Source: Candidatus Wallbacteria bacterium GWC2_49_35 (GTDB lineage Bacteria; Muiribacteriota; UBA9980). From it: a stretch of DNA of 50,326 nucleotides. Shown piece after piece: positions 35,229-44,307 of the stretch (position 1 is the stretch's first letter; every line of letters begins with the position of its first letter). The position numbers were made by a program, and so were the translations under genes. The notes below the pieces were generated by a model that ran no database searches, was not told the origin of the DNA, and saw nothing but the letters and a program-made list of their open reading frames with translations. Where the stretch lies: positions 1 to 50,326 of the forward strand of contig MGFH01000206.1 in the NCBI GenBank assembly GCA_001791795.1. Direction: 5' to 3'.

Positions 35229-35729
35229 ATGAAAATAAAACAGATCGCCCTCGCGGGCATGTTCACGGCTCTCGTCGCCGTGGTGACGAAGATCGCCCAG
35301 ATACCGACGCCGCTTACTCAGGGCTATATCAATTTAGGCGACATATTCATAATATTCGCCGGATTTTATCTCGGCCGCGGTCCCGGTTTTTTCATCGGCG
35401 GCGCCGGATCGGCCATAGCAGATGTTATCAGCGGCTATCCCTTCTATTACGTCACCTTCGTCGTTAAGGGCATAGAAGGCTACGCCGCGGGCCTGCCGCC
35501 GTTCGCCTATAAGCCGGACCTTCCGAAGGCCGCCAACGGGCTCAGGCTTCTGTACGGGGGATTTATAGCGGCCGCGCTGATGGTCGCCGGCTACTTTTCG
35601 CTTCAATTAATAGTTTTCAACAAGGTAAAGGCGTTTACGGCGCTCGGCCCGAATATCATTCAGGGCGCGGCGGGGCTGGCCGGCGCGCTTATCATTTTCA
35701 ATAAGACCGTCAACAAAAAAATATATTAA
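35229..35729 (+). CDS. ECF transporter substrate-binding S component (HmpT/PdxU-like)
   Basis: AxxxA first helix, IPTPLTQGYINLGD, GSAIADVISGY, VKGIEG; about six TM helices. Confidence 0.8.
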   Translation: MKIKQIALAGMFTALVAVVTKIAQIPTPLTQGYINLGDIFIIFAGFYLGRGPGFFIGGAGSAIADVISGYPFYYVTFVVKGIEGYAAGLPPFAYKPDLPKAANGLRLLYGGFIAAALMVAGYFSLQLIVFNKVKAFTALGPNIIQGAAGLAGALIIFNKTVNKKIY

Positions 35730-35738
35730 GGCCTTCCA

Positions 35739-36434
35739 ATGAGCTTTTCAGAAAAAGACGATATGGAAATAAAAGCGCCGGGCAAAGATAAAATATTCGC
35801 GTTCGTTCTGGCGGCCGGCGAAAGCAGCCGCATGGGCGAGCCGAAGCAGTTTTTAACTTACGGCGGCGCGAGTTTTTTAACGCGCGCGATAGAAGGCTTC
35901 ATCAGGGCCGGCGTCGACGATATCGTCGTTGTGTGCGGCTTTAGATTCGAAGCGATGAAAGAGCATATCCTGGGCTCGCGTTATTCGATAGCGGTCGAAG
36001 AATTTTTAAAGCGCCTGACGATTGTCGAAAACCCAGATTACAGTAAGGGCCAGCTATCGTCGATAAAGGCCGGTCTCGAAGCGTTCCGGCGAAAAAAAGC
36101 AATTGATTTTTATAAGGGATTTATGATACAATTAATCGACCGTCCGTTGGTCCGCTATGATACTTTCAAGAAACTAAAAGAGCGGTTCGCAGCCGATGAC
36201 GGCGGCGCCATACTTCTTCCGTCGTATAAAATGAAAAGAGGCCATCCGGCGTGCTTTTCGTCAGGATTTATTGGCCGCATACTCGGGCTCGGCGGCGGCG
36301 AGTCGCTGAAAACCATACTGGCCGAAAATGAAAAAGAAATAAAATACCTGGAAGTGGAAGACGCGGGAATCATTACAAATGTTGACACGCCTTTGGAATA
36401 TGAAAAGATAAAAGGAGTCGCGAATGTTGACTAA
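35739..36434 (+). CDS. mocA: Molybdenum cofactor cytidylyltransferase (MocA/YgfJ family)
   Basis: VLAAGESSRMGEPK, NPDYSKGQLSSI, DRPLV, GHPA, NVDTPLEY; adjacent to an XDH-family operon. Confidence 0.8.
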   Translation: MSFSEKDDMEIKAPGKDKIFAFVLAAGESSRMGEPKQFLTYGGASFLTRAIEGFIRAGVDDIVVVCGFRFEAMKEHILGSRYSIAVEEFLKRLTIVENPDYSKGQLSSIKAGLEAFRRKKAIDFYKGFMIQLIDRPLVRYDTFKKLKERFAADDGGAILLPSYKMKRGHPACFSSGFIGRILGLGGGESLKTILAENEKEIKYLEVEDAGIITNVDTPLEYEKIKGVANVD

Positions 36435-38757
36435 AAAACAGAACCTTTATTCGGTGGTAGGAAAGAAGGTAACCAGGGTTGACGCACACGAGAAGATCGA
36501 CGGCAGCGCTAAATATGTCGACGATCTGGCTTTCGACGAAATGCTTTTCGCGAAGATGGTATGCTCGACGATACCGTCGGGCAGAATAAAAAAGATAGAT
36601 AAAAGCCGCGCGCTTAAATTAAAGGGCGTGGCCGCGGTGCTGACGGCCGAAGACATAACCGGCCTTAACAAGATAGGCTGCGTTGTCGACGACCAGCCGC
36701 TTCTGGCTGCGGACATCGTGAGATTTACCGGCGAGCCGCTGGCGATAGTCGCCGCCGAAACGCGCGCGATCGCCGAAGAGGCCGCAGGCCTTGTCGATAT
36801 CGAATACGAGCCGCTCGAACCGGTTTTGAACGTTGACGAATCGTTTTCCGAAAAAATCAAGGTGCATCCGAAAGGCAATACCGTCTGCCATTACAAGATC
36901 AGAAAAGGCGGGGACATAGACGACGCATTCTCGAAATCCCACGCAGTGTTCGAGAAAACCTTCACGATCAACTATCAGGAACATTTATATTTAGAGACCC
37001 AGGGCTGCATCGCCCTGCCTGAAAACGGCGGCATCACCGTATACGCCAGCATCCAGTGCCCGTTCTACGTCCAGGGCGCGGTCGCGACGGCGCTAGGCCT
37101 GCCGTTTTCGAAGGTGCGCATTATCCAGTGCGTCGTCGGCGGCGGTTTCGGCGGCAAAGAGGACGTTCCGTCCGAATATGCCGCGAAAGCAGCTCTTCTG
37201 GCTTATATTTTGAAAAAACCGGTAAAACTGATACTCGACAGGGCGCAGGACCTGATGGTCTCTTCCAAGCGCCATCCGATGAAGATGGAATATAAGGTCG
37301 GCGTAACAAGGAAAGGCAAGATCAACGCGCTCAAGGTAAGGGCTCTTGCCGATTCGGGCGCCTACACGACGCTTTCGACCGTCGTTCTCTTCAGGACCTC
37401 GGTTCACTTCGGCGGACCTTATGTGATACCCAACGTGCAGGGCGATATCATCGGCCTTTACACCAACCGCGTTCCGTGCGGCGCCTACAGGGGCTTCGGC
37501 ACTCCGCAGGTCATATACGCCATGGAATCGATGATCAACATCATCTGTAACGAAATGGGCTTCGATCCGTTCGAATTCCGCAGGAACAACGCGCTGAAAA
37601 AAGGCGCGCTTTCCATCACGTCGCATAAGATCAAAGAATCCTGCGGCCTGATCGAAACTATCGATAAAGCCCGTAAGGAAAGTGATTATGACAAGCGTAA
37701 AAAAGAATTCGACAAATGGAACGCCGACCCCTCGAAGCGCACGCTTAAAGGCCTCGGAGTTTCGTCGATATTTTACGGAATGAACCTCGGCGCAAAAGGC
37801 TGGTCGTTCGACAAGGCCGGCTCGCACATCCAGATATCCCGCGACGGTTCCATTACGCTCTGCGTCGGAAACGTCGAAATGGGCCAGGGCGCGAAAACCG
37901 TTCTCGCCCAGATAGCGGCAGAAGCGCTCGGCTGCGAGGTTTCCACGATAAATTTCACCAACGCCGATACGAACGTGATCCCCGATTCGGGCCCGACTGT
38001 AGCTTCTCGCACGACCGTGATGAGCGGAAACGCCCTGCTCGACGCGGCGAACAAGCTTCGTAAAAAACTTATAGACGCCGCCGCCGAAGTTCTCAAGATC
38101 AGGGCGAACCAGGTAATGGCGAAGCACGGCAGATTTTATAACATAAAAGATTCGCATCAATTCATAACATTCAGCGACCTGGCTCAAAAATGCTATTTCG
38201 ACAACATAGGCCTTTCCGAAATGGGCTTCTACGTGTCGCCGAAGATCGAATACGACATGCAGTACGGCCAGGGCGAGCCTTATTACGTTTACTCATACGC
38301 GACGGCCGTATCGGAGGTCGAAGTCGATAAAAAAACGGGCGATATCCGCGTCAATAAAATGACCTGCGCTCACGACGTGGGCTGTGTGATAAACCCTATG
38401 CTCGCCTCCGCCCAGGTGGAAGGCGGATGTGCTCAGGGCGTCGGATACGCCATAATGGAAAACATGGTTTCTGAAAAAGGCCACATAAAGACCCTCGGCC
38501 TTTCGACCTATGTGATACCGACCACCAGGGACTTTCCGGAAGTAAAATCTATTTTCGTCGAAGATAAATCAAAGGACGGCCCCTATGGCGCCAAAGGCCT
38601 CGGCGAACCTTCGCTGATGCCCGTCGTAGCATCCGTAGTGAACGCGGTCTCCAACGCCGCCGGCTATCAGTTCGACCATGTGCCTGTTCTACCAGAGCGC
38701 GTGTGGGAAGCGCTCAACGAAAAGAGATCACGCGACGGCGAAAGCGAGGTTAAATAA
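36424..38757 (+). CDS. Xanthine dehydrogenase family molybdopterin-binding subunit
   Basis: SIQCP, GGGFGGKE, AYRGFGTPQ, EMGQG, ASRTT, GAKGLGEP; no CODH VAYRCSFR loop. Confidence 0.92.
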   Translation: MLTKKQNLYSVVGKKVTRVDAHEKIDGSAKYVDDLAFDEMLFAKMVCSTIPSGRIKKIDKSRALKLKGVAAVLTAEDITGLNKIGCVVDDQPLLAADIVRFTGEPLAIVAAETRAIAEEAAGLVDIEYEPLEPVLNVDESFSEKIKVHPKGNTVCHYKIRKGGDIDDAFSKSHAVFEKTFTINYQEHLYLETQGCIALPENGGITVYASIQCPFYVQGAVATALGLPFSKVRIIQCVVGGGFGGKEDVPSEYAAKAALLAYILKKPVKLILDRAQDLMVSSKRHPMKMEYKVGVTRKGKINALKVRALADSGAYTTLSTVVLFRTSVHFGGPYVIPNVQGDIIGLYTNRVPCGAYRGFGTPQVIYAMESMINIICNEMGFDPFEFRRNNALKKGALSITSHKIKESCGLIETIDKARKESDYDKRKKEFDKWNADPSKRTLKGLGVSSIFYGMNLGAKGWSFDKAGSHIQISRDGSITLCVGNVEMGQGAKTVLAQIAAEALGCEVSTINFTNADTNVIPDSGPTVASRTTVMSGNALLDAANKLRKKLIDAAAEVLKIRANQVMAKHGRFYNIKDSHQFITFSDLAQKCYFDNIGLSEMGFYVSPKIEYDMQYGQGEPYYVYSYATAVSEVEVDKKTGDIRVNKMTCAHDVGCVINPMLASAQVEGGCAQGVGYAIMENMVSEKGHIKTLGLSTYVIPTTRDFPEVKSIFVEDKSKDGPYGAKGLGEPSLMPVVASVVNAVSNAAGYQFDHVPVLPERVWEALNEKRSRDGESEVK

Positions 38758-38759
38758 CA

Positions 38760-39296
38760 ATGCCCAACAAAAATTTCAACTCTGAAAATTTAGAATTAAA
38801 AGATACCCTCGAAATAAACTTTACGCTCAATTCTGTAAAGCGCAGCGTTAAGGTTCCCTGCACTTACACGCTGCTCGATATTTTAAGGTACGAGCTTAAA
38901 TTCACAGGAACTAAAGAAGGCTGTGGCATGGGCGAATGCGGCGCCTGCACCGTCATAATGGACGGCGGCGTCACGCCGGCGTGCCTGGTGCTCGCCACGA
39001 CGCTCGAAGGCCGCGACATATGGACGATCGAAGGCATAAGCGCGAAAGATGACGCAAAACCCATAATAGACGCGTTTGTAGCCAGGACAGCCACTCAGTG
39101 CGGATTCTGCACTCCCGGCATGGTCGTGGCAAGCTACCATCTGCTTAGTAAATACGTATCGCCGACCGACGATCAGATATTAGAGGCCCTTTCAGGCAAT
39201 CTCTGCCGCTGCACCGGCTATGTTAAAATAATAGAAGCGGTTAAGGCCGCCGCCAGAGATCTTAATACGGTTAAGAAGGAGGGCCGCGATGCTTAG
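38760..39296 (+). CDS. Xanthine dehydrogenase family 2x[2Fe-2S] subunit
   Basis: GTKEGCGMGECGAC, QCGFCTPG, GNLCRCTGY. Confidence 0.93.
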   Translation: MPNKNFNSENLELKDTLEINFTLNSVKRSVKVPCTYTLLDILRYELKFTGTKEGCGMGECGACTVIMDGGVTPACLVLATTLEGRDIWTIEGISAKDDAKPIIDAFVARTATQCGFCTPGMVVASYHLLSKYVSPTDDQILEALSGNLCRCTGYVKIIEAVKAAARDLNTVKKEGRDA

Positions 39297-40164
39297 AAAT
39301 TTTAAAGTATTGACCCCGTCGTCGTTGAACGAAGTTTTATACGTAATAAGTCATATAGACCAGCCCTACCGTTTTTTATGCGGCGGCACCGACGTTCTGG
39401 TGAGGATGAAAGATAATCCCGCGTACGCTAAAGTGCTGGTTGATATATCTAAAATAAGAGAACTGGCTAAAATCGAAGAGCACAAAAGCACATACGTCAT
39501 CGGCTCGGGCGCGAAACATGACGCCGTGCTAGCCTACGCGCCGTTCGTTGAAAAATACAACGGCCTGGTAGAAGCGGTGGCGGCGATAGGCTCGCCCCAG
39601 ATCCGTTCGATCGGAACCCTCGGCGGCAATATCGGAAACGCATCGCCGGCCGGTGACAGCATAGCGCCGCTGATGGCATTCGACGCCGAGGTCGAACTGC
39701 GCTCGCACGAGTCGAACCGTATCGTCAAACTCGAGGATTTTTTCATCGGTCCCGGAAAATCGGTAATGAAATCCAATGAAATAATAACCAAGATAATACT
39801 GCCTAAATTCGACGGGCTTAGATCCGGCTGGAAGCGCCTGGGCCAGAGGCGCGCCGTTACGATATCGAAAGTTTCGGCGGCGCTGGCGATAAACTGCGTA
39901 AAACATCCCAACGGCTCGATACGCGTGGCCGACGTTAAAATAGCGCTCGGCGCGGTCGCCCCGACCGTCATTCGCGCGCGCAAAACCGAAAAATTTCTGC
40001 TCGAAACGCCGAACCTTAACGCCGCGGCCGTTAAGCAGGCGTGCGAAATAGCATGCCGCGAGTCGCGCCCCATAACCGACATAAGGTCGAATACCGAGTA
40101 CCGCAGCGAGATGTGCGGCGTGCTGCTCGGCGATCTTATCGACCGGCTGGTTTTCGGCCGGTAA
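39289..40164 (+). CDS. Xanthine dehydrogenase family FAD-binding subunit
   Basis: GGTDV, IGSPQIRSIGTLGGNIGNASPAGD, IALGAVAPT, PITDIR. Confidence 0.92.
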   Translation: MLRNFKVLTPSSLNEVLYVISHIDQPYRFLCGGTDVLVRMKDNPAYAKVLVDISKIRELAKIEEHKSTYVIGSGAKHDAVLAYAPFVEKYNGLVEAVAAIGSPQIRSIGTLGGNIGNASPAGDSIAPLMAFDAEVELRSHESNRIVKLEDFFIGPGKSVMKSNEIITKIILPKFDGLRSGWKRLGQRRAVTISKVSAALAINCVKHPNGSIRVADVKIALGAVAPTVIRARKTEKFLLETPNLNAAAVKQACEIACRESRPITDIRSNTEYRSEMCGVLLGDLIDRLVFGR

Positions 40165-40223
40165 GCCGCGGCGCGAAAACTATATAGTTTTACTTTATAC
40201 GAACAGAAAGCGGGTTTATAAAA

Positions 40224-41048
40224 ATGGATATCGTATATGAGCGCGCGCTCGCGCTGAGCGGCACCGGAAAGCCTTTCGTGATAGTCACTATTACCGAAAG
40301 CGACGGTTCGACTCCGCGCAAGATAGGCGCCAAAATGATAGTCGTGGAAGACGGCTCGATAATCGGCACCATCGGCGGCGGTCCGCTCGAGCACAATTCG
40401 GCCAAAATCGCCCTCGAGGCCATGGCCGAAGGAAAATGCCGAAAGGTCAGGTTCGAGCTCAGCGATCTGATGCTTACCTGCGGCGGAAACGTCGAGGTTT
40501 TCTTCGAGCCGCACGCCGCGCGCGACAGGGCCGTTATATTCGGCGGCGGCCATATTGCCTACCAGCTTTCGCCGCTTTTGAATTCGATCGATTTCCGGAC
40601 GGCTGTCGTGGAGGATCGCGAAGAGTATCTTACCCGCGATCGATTCGACGGCTGCGAAAAGATCAAAGTGCCGGGCTACGGGTTCGACGAGCTCGAAAAA
40701 CACTGCGCCGGACTCAACCTGAAAGAAAACGACTATATCGTCATAATCACCCGCGGGCACGAATATTCCGACGGCAGGGTGCTCGATTATCTTATGAGCA
40801 TGCCGTTCGACTTTAAATACGTCGGCATGATCGGTTCTAAAAATAAAGTATTCGAGTGCATGAAGGGCCTTATCGAAAAAGGGTACCCGAAAGAAAAACT
40901 GGCGCGCGTTTTCGCGCCGGTCGGCATCGATATCGGCGGAGAGACGCCTGCCGAGATCGCGGTTTCGATAACCGCCCAGATGCTCAGCGTTAAATATTCG
41001 AAAGATGGTAAGCATGTCAGAGACAAAAAGGGTTATTTTAATAGTTAA
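40224..41048 (+). CDS. xdhC: XdhC/CoxI family Moco-insertion chaperone
   Basis: GSTPRKIGAKM, GTIGGG, LTCGG, FGGGHIA, ITRGH, YVGMIGS, APVGIDIGGETPAEIAVSI. Confidence 0.9.
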   Translation: MDIVYERALALSGTGKPFVIVTITESDGSTPRKIGAKMIVVEDGSIIGTIGGGPLEHNSAKIALEAMAEGKCRKVRFELSDLMLTCGGNVEVFFEPHAARDRAVIFGGGHIAYQLSPLLNSIDFRTAVVEDREEYLTRDRFDGCEKIKVPGYGFDELEKHCAGLNLKENDYIVIITRGHEYSDGRVLDYLMSMPFDFKYVGMIGSKNKVFECMKGLIEKGYPKEKLARVFAPVGIDIGGETPAEIAVSITAQMLSVKYSKDGKHVRDKKGYFNS

Positions 41049-41913
41049 TCCGGTCAAAATAGATAAATTCTCCTATTTCGGCGAAGTGATATCGCTTTTG
41101 ACCGCTAACGGCTGCGAGGTTTACACTACCGCCGATACTTATAAAGTGCTCGACGCCCGTAAAAAAGTTAATCTGTCAGGTATCGGAATCGTTTCCTCGG
41201 ATGAGGTGAAAAAATCTCAATTCGACCTTGTTATATGCCTCGGAGGCGACGGCACGATATTATCCACCGCCAGATTTTTCGCCGGGCACAAAGTGCCGAT
41301 CCTCGGCATTAATCTTGGAAATCTCGGTTTTCTCGCCGAGGTCATGCCGTCGGATTATGAAAAATCCATCGGCAGGATATTCGGCGGAAAAGATTATCAG
41401 ATTGAAAAGCGTATCATGCTTAAATGCACCGTCGAACGCGGCCGCAAAAAAGCCCACACATTATATGCGCTCAACGATATCGTCGCCCACCGCCGTTCTT
41501 CATCGAAGATGGCGGTCCTTGAAGCCTATATCGACAACAAATTCGTCGACGAATATCACGGCGACGGCCTTATCGTATCGACGCCGACCGGCTCTACCGC
41601 TTATTCGCTTTCGTGCGGCGGGCCGATCGTGGCACCCGAGCTCATGGCGATAATCATCAATCCCATATGCGCGTTTACGCTTTCATCGCGGCCGCTGATC
41701 GTGTCGGACCGCGTCCGGATAAAGATCGTCAACCGCACCGAAGGCCAGGCGATCCTTGCCGCTGACAACCAGGAATTTTTTAAACTGCAGAAAGACGATA
41801 ATATCATAATAACCAGGTCCGAATTCTGCGCGCGCATGATCAAGTTTTCCGAAAACAACTTTTTTGATATTCTCAGAACTAAACTATGCTGGGGCAATTT
41901 TAAAAAGCGCTGA
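41014..41913 (+). CDS. nadK: NAD kinase
   Basis: GGDGT, NLGNLGFL, ALND, DGLIVSTPTGSTAYSLSCGGP; alternative ATG at 41005. Confidence 0.93.
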   Translation: MSETKRVILIVNPVKIDKFSYFGEVISLLTANGCEVYTTADTYKVLDARKKVNLSGIGIVSSDEVKKSQFDLVICLGGDGTILSTARFFAGHKVPILGINLGNLGFLAEVMPSDYEKSIGRIFGGKDYQIEKRIMLKCTVERGRKKAHTLYALNDIVAHRRSSSKMAVLEAYIDNKFVDEYHGDGLIVSTPTGSTAYSLSCGGPIVAPELMAIIINPICAFTLSSRPLIVSDRVRIKIVNRTEGQAILAADNQEFFKLQKDDNIIITRSEFCARMIKFSENNFFDILRTKLCWGNFKKR

Positions 41914-42004
41914 TATGCCCTTGTGAACGGCCGTTCGCGATCTGGCGTTGTCCTCCCCCGTCCCCTTAGCCCCGTAAATATATTATATATATGATAAAAA
42001 TTAA

Positions 42005-42033
42005 TTGACATTTAAGCGAAAAATAATTATACT
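42005..42033 (+). promoter_or_regulatory. Putative sigma70 promoter of the GAF pseudo-kinase operon
   Basis: TTGACA (42005-42010), 17 nt, TATACT (42028-42033). Confidence 0.7.
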
Positions 42034-42064
42034 ATTTTTAAATTTAATTATTTGGATGGTTTAG

Positions 42065-43636
42065 TTGAACGACAACTCTAACGCTCCGGGTATCGTCGAT
42101 ATTCCGGCCGGCGAACAATTGCAGAAACTCCGAAGGGAACTCGAGGCGGCCCGAAAGGAATCCGGCGCTCTGATGAACGCCTGCGCCCTTTTGAACACCA
42201 CCCTCGATCTTCAGAAACTGCTCGAAATAATCCTTCAACAGTCAGCCGTCCTCACTTCGGCCGAAGCTTCCTCGCTCGCGCTGATCGACCAGAAAACCGA
42301 CGAGCTCTGCTTCGAGGTCGTCGTCGGCGAAAAGAAAGATATTTTAAAGGAAATAAGGCTCCCCAGGGGCACCGGCATTGTCGGCTGGGTCGCCCTCAAG
42401 GGAGAGCCGCTTCTTATAGAAGACGTTTCCAAGGACAGCCGCTTCTACCAGAAGGTCGACGAAAAATCTCAGTTCAAAACGACATCGATACTCTGCGTTC
42501 CGCTTAAAACAAAAGACGGCACCATAGGCGCACTCGAAGTTTTAAACAAGGTCGAGGGCGAAAAGTTCGACTCTAACGATCAGAGCCTTCTTATGGCGCT
42601 GGCGAGCCAGGCCGCCATGGCGATCGAAAACGCGCGACTTTATAAGAGCGTGCTCGAAGAAAAAAACAAGATCGTATCCATAGTAAATTCCATGGGCGAT
42701 GGCATAATCGTCACGAACGAAAACTTCGATATCGTACTTACCAACCCGGCCGCGGAATCGGTTTTCAGCGATAAAACGTCAAGTTTCGACGACGTTTTCA
42801 AACTCAAAGTAATTATGTTGGAACTTTCCCAACTGAAATCCGACACCACTTTCGACCTGGTGCTGATGAAACCCGAAAACACCATATTATCTAATAGAAT
42901 GACCATGCTGCGCGGCGCAGAGAATGAGATTACCGGTTCCATCGTTTCGATGAGAAATATTACCGATATAAAGCACCGCGAGAATATCCGCGCCCAGTTC
43001 ACCAGCATGATGAACTACAAGATAGCCGACCAGATCCAGCGCCTGCGCGAAAGCCTTAAAAACAACGAAATACAATGCGACGGCGTTAAATGTATCGCGG
43101 AATCGATAGAAGAAAAAGTCATTAAACTCATACAGTTCTCGGAAATGGAATCGGGCCCCCTTCGCCTCGACCGCTCGCTAGGCCCTGTCGGGCCTGTTAT
43201 CGAAACGGCCATGGAAGAGGTTCGCGAAAAATACATTTTCAAGCATATCGAACTTAAATTTTCCTGCGAGTCCGACGTTTTCAACATGGAAGTCGAGGTC
43301 GACCACGACCGCATCAAAACGATACTCTGCCTGCTTTTGAATAACTGCATCAGATTCGTTTCAGCCGACGGCTGCGTCGAGGTCATTGTCCGCAACGTTT
43401 CCGAAATGCTCGAAATAACGGTCAAGGACAACGGCATAGGCATAAAGGAAGAGCTGCTGCCGAAGCTGCTCGATAAGCAGTATCACCTCGAAAACGTTTT
43501 AAATTCGAGCGACGCGTCGCTCAGCCTGGCTTACATAAAGCACGTGGTCGAGGCGCACGGCGGCTCCATGAAGATCAACTCCGTCATAGGAAAAGGAACC
43601 GAAATTATTATAACGATGCCCAAGTTTATACATTGA
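42065..43636 (+). CDS. GAF-PAS-DHp-HATPase protein, histidine-kinase-like with degenerate H-box and G2 box
   Basis: GAF (GIVGWV, ILCVPL, LEVLNK, ASQAAMAIENARLY), PAS (SMGDGIIVTN), N-box LLNNCIRF, G1 DNGIG; H-box reads SMMNYK. Confidence 0.8.
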   Translation: MNDNSNAPGIVDIPAGEQLQKLRRELEAARKESGALMNACALLNTTLDLQKLLEIILQQSAVLTSAEASSLALIDQKTDELCFEVVVGEKKDILKEIRLPRGTGIVGWVALKGEPLLIEDVSKDSRFYQKVDEKSQFKTTSILCVPLKTKDGTIGALEVLNKVEGEKFDSNDQSLLMALASQAAMAIENARLYKSVLEEKNKIVSIVNSMGDGIIVTNENFDIVLTNPAAESVFSDKTSSFDDVFKLKVIMLELSQLKSDTTFDLVLMKPENTILSNRMTMLRGAENEITGSIVSMRNITDIKHRENIRAQFTSMMNYKIADQIQRLRESLKNNEIQCDGVKCIAESIEEKVIKLIQFSEMESGPLRLDRSLGPVGPVIETAMEEVREKYIFKHIELKFSCESDVFNMEVEVDHDRIKTILCLLLNNCIRFVSADGCVEVIVRNVSEMLEITVKDNGIGIKEELLPKLLDKQYHLENVLNSSDASLSLAYIKHVVEAHGGSMKINSVIGKGTEIIITMPKFIH

Positions 43637-43686
43637 TACAGCGATAGTTTATTATTTTAGTGTTCGAGTTAAGAGGTCGTTAGCAT

Positions 43687-44202
43687 TTGGAACAGAGTTC
43701 AGTTAAAAGACAGATACACGAATTAAAGGTCCCCGCCACTTTGAAGCATATCGAGCAGGTCAAGCGGTTTGTCGTGGAAATAGCCTCGCAGATAAGCTTT
43801 TCGCCTATCGAAATGTTCCAGATAGAGCTGGTCGTCGACGAGGCGTATGCCAACGCGGCCGATCACGGCTCCGAATGCAGCCGCTCGAAGGAAGTGCACG
43901 TCAAATGCATCGTCGAGGGCGAAAAACTGATAATCATAATAAAAGATTTCGGCGGCAAACCTTTCAATCCCGATTTCTTCGAGCGCATCGCGGACAAAAA
44001 GACCTGGGGCGTCGGCGGCCGCGGAATAAAAATAATCAAAGAAATAATGGACGAGGTCATGTATTTTTTCGTCACAGGCCAGAGCACGACGCTTTATATG
44101 GTCAAACAGAAGGGCACGCAGGACTGGGAAAACGGGGAAACTTCCTCACCGGTTATCAAACTTCCATTCGCGCTCGACGATATACCGCCGATACCGACCT
44201 AA
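43687..44202 (+). CDS. Anti-sigma factor / RsbW-SpoIIAB-like Ser/Thr kinase
   Basis: TTG start with GAGGT RBS; ELVVDEAYANAADHG, IKDFGG, GGRGIKIIKEIMDEV. Confidence 0.85.
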   Translation: MEQSSVKRQIHELKVPATLKHIEQVKRFVVEIASQISFSPIEMFQIELVVDEAYANAADHGSECSRSKEVHVKCIVEGEKLIIIIKDFGGKPFNPDFFERIADKKTWGVGGRGIKIIKEIMDEVMYFFVTGQSTTLYMVKQKGTQDWENGETSSPVIKLPFALDDIPPIPT

Positions 44203-44242
44203 TATTCATAACGGGCTCTTAATTTATAATATATAAATTTAT

Positions 44243-44282
44243 AAAAAAAAGCGGCAGGCCTTTTACGGTTACTGCCGCTTTT
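44243..44282. terminator. Bidirectional rho-independent terminator
   Basis: AAAAGCGGCAG / CTGCCGCTTTT between convergent genes. Confidence 0.85.
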
Positions 44283-44307
44283 GGATTTTTAATGAAAATG
44301 AACCGGT

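Noticed and set aside
37093-38187. 364-aa minus-strand ORF
   Set aside because: Lies entirely antisense to the Mo-binding subunit; typical shadow caused by codon bias
36424-40164. Possible aerobic CO dehydrogenase (coxLSM)
   Set aside because: The active-site loop is AYRGFG, not the form I VAYRCSFR; the residue set is xanthine-dehydrogenase-like
39534-41057. 507-aa minus-strand ORF
   Set aside because: Antisense shadow of the xdh FAD subunit and xdhC, which carry clear family motifs; it has no recognisable domain of its own
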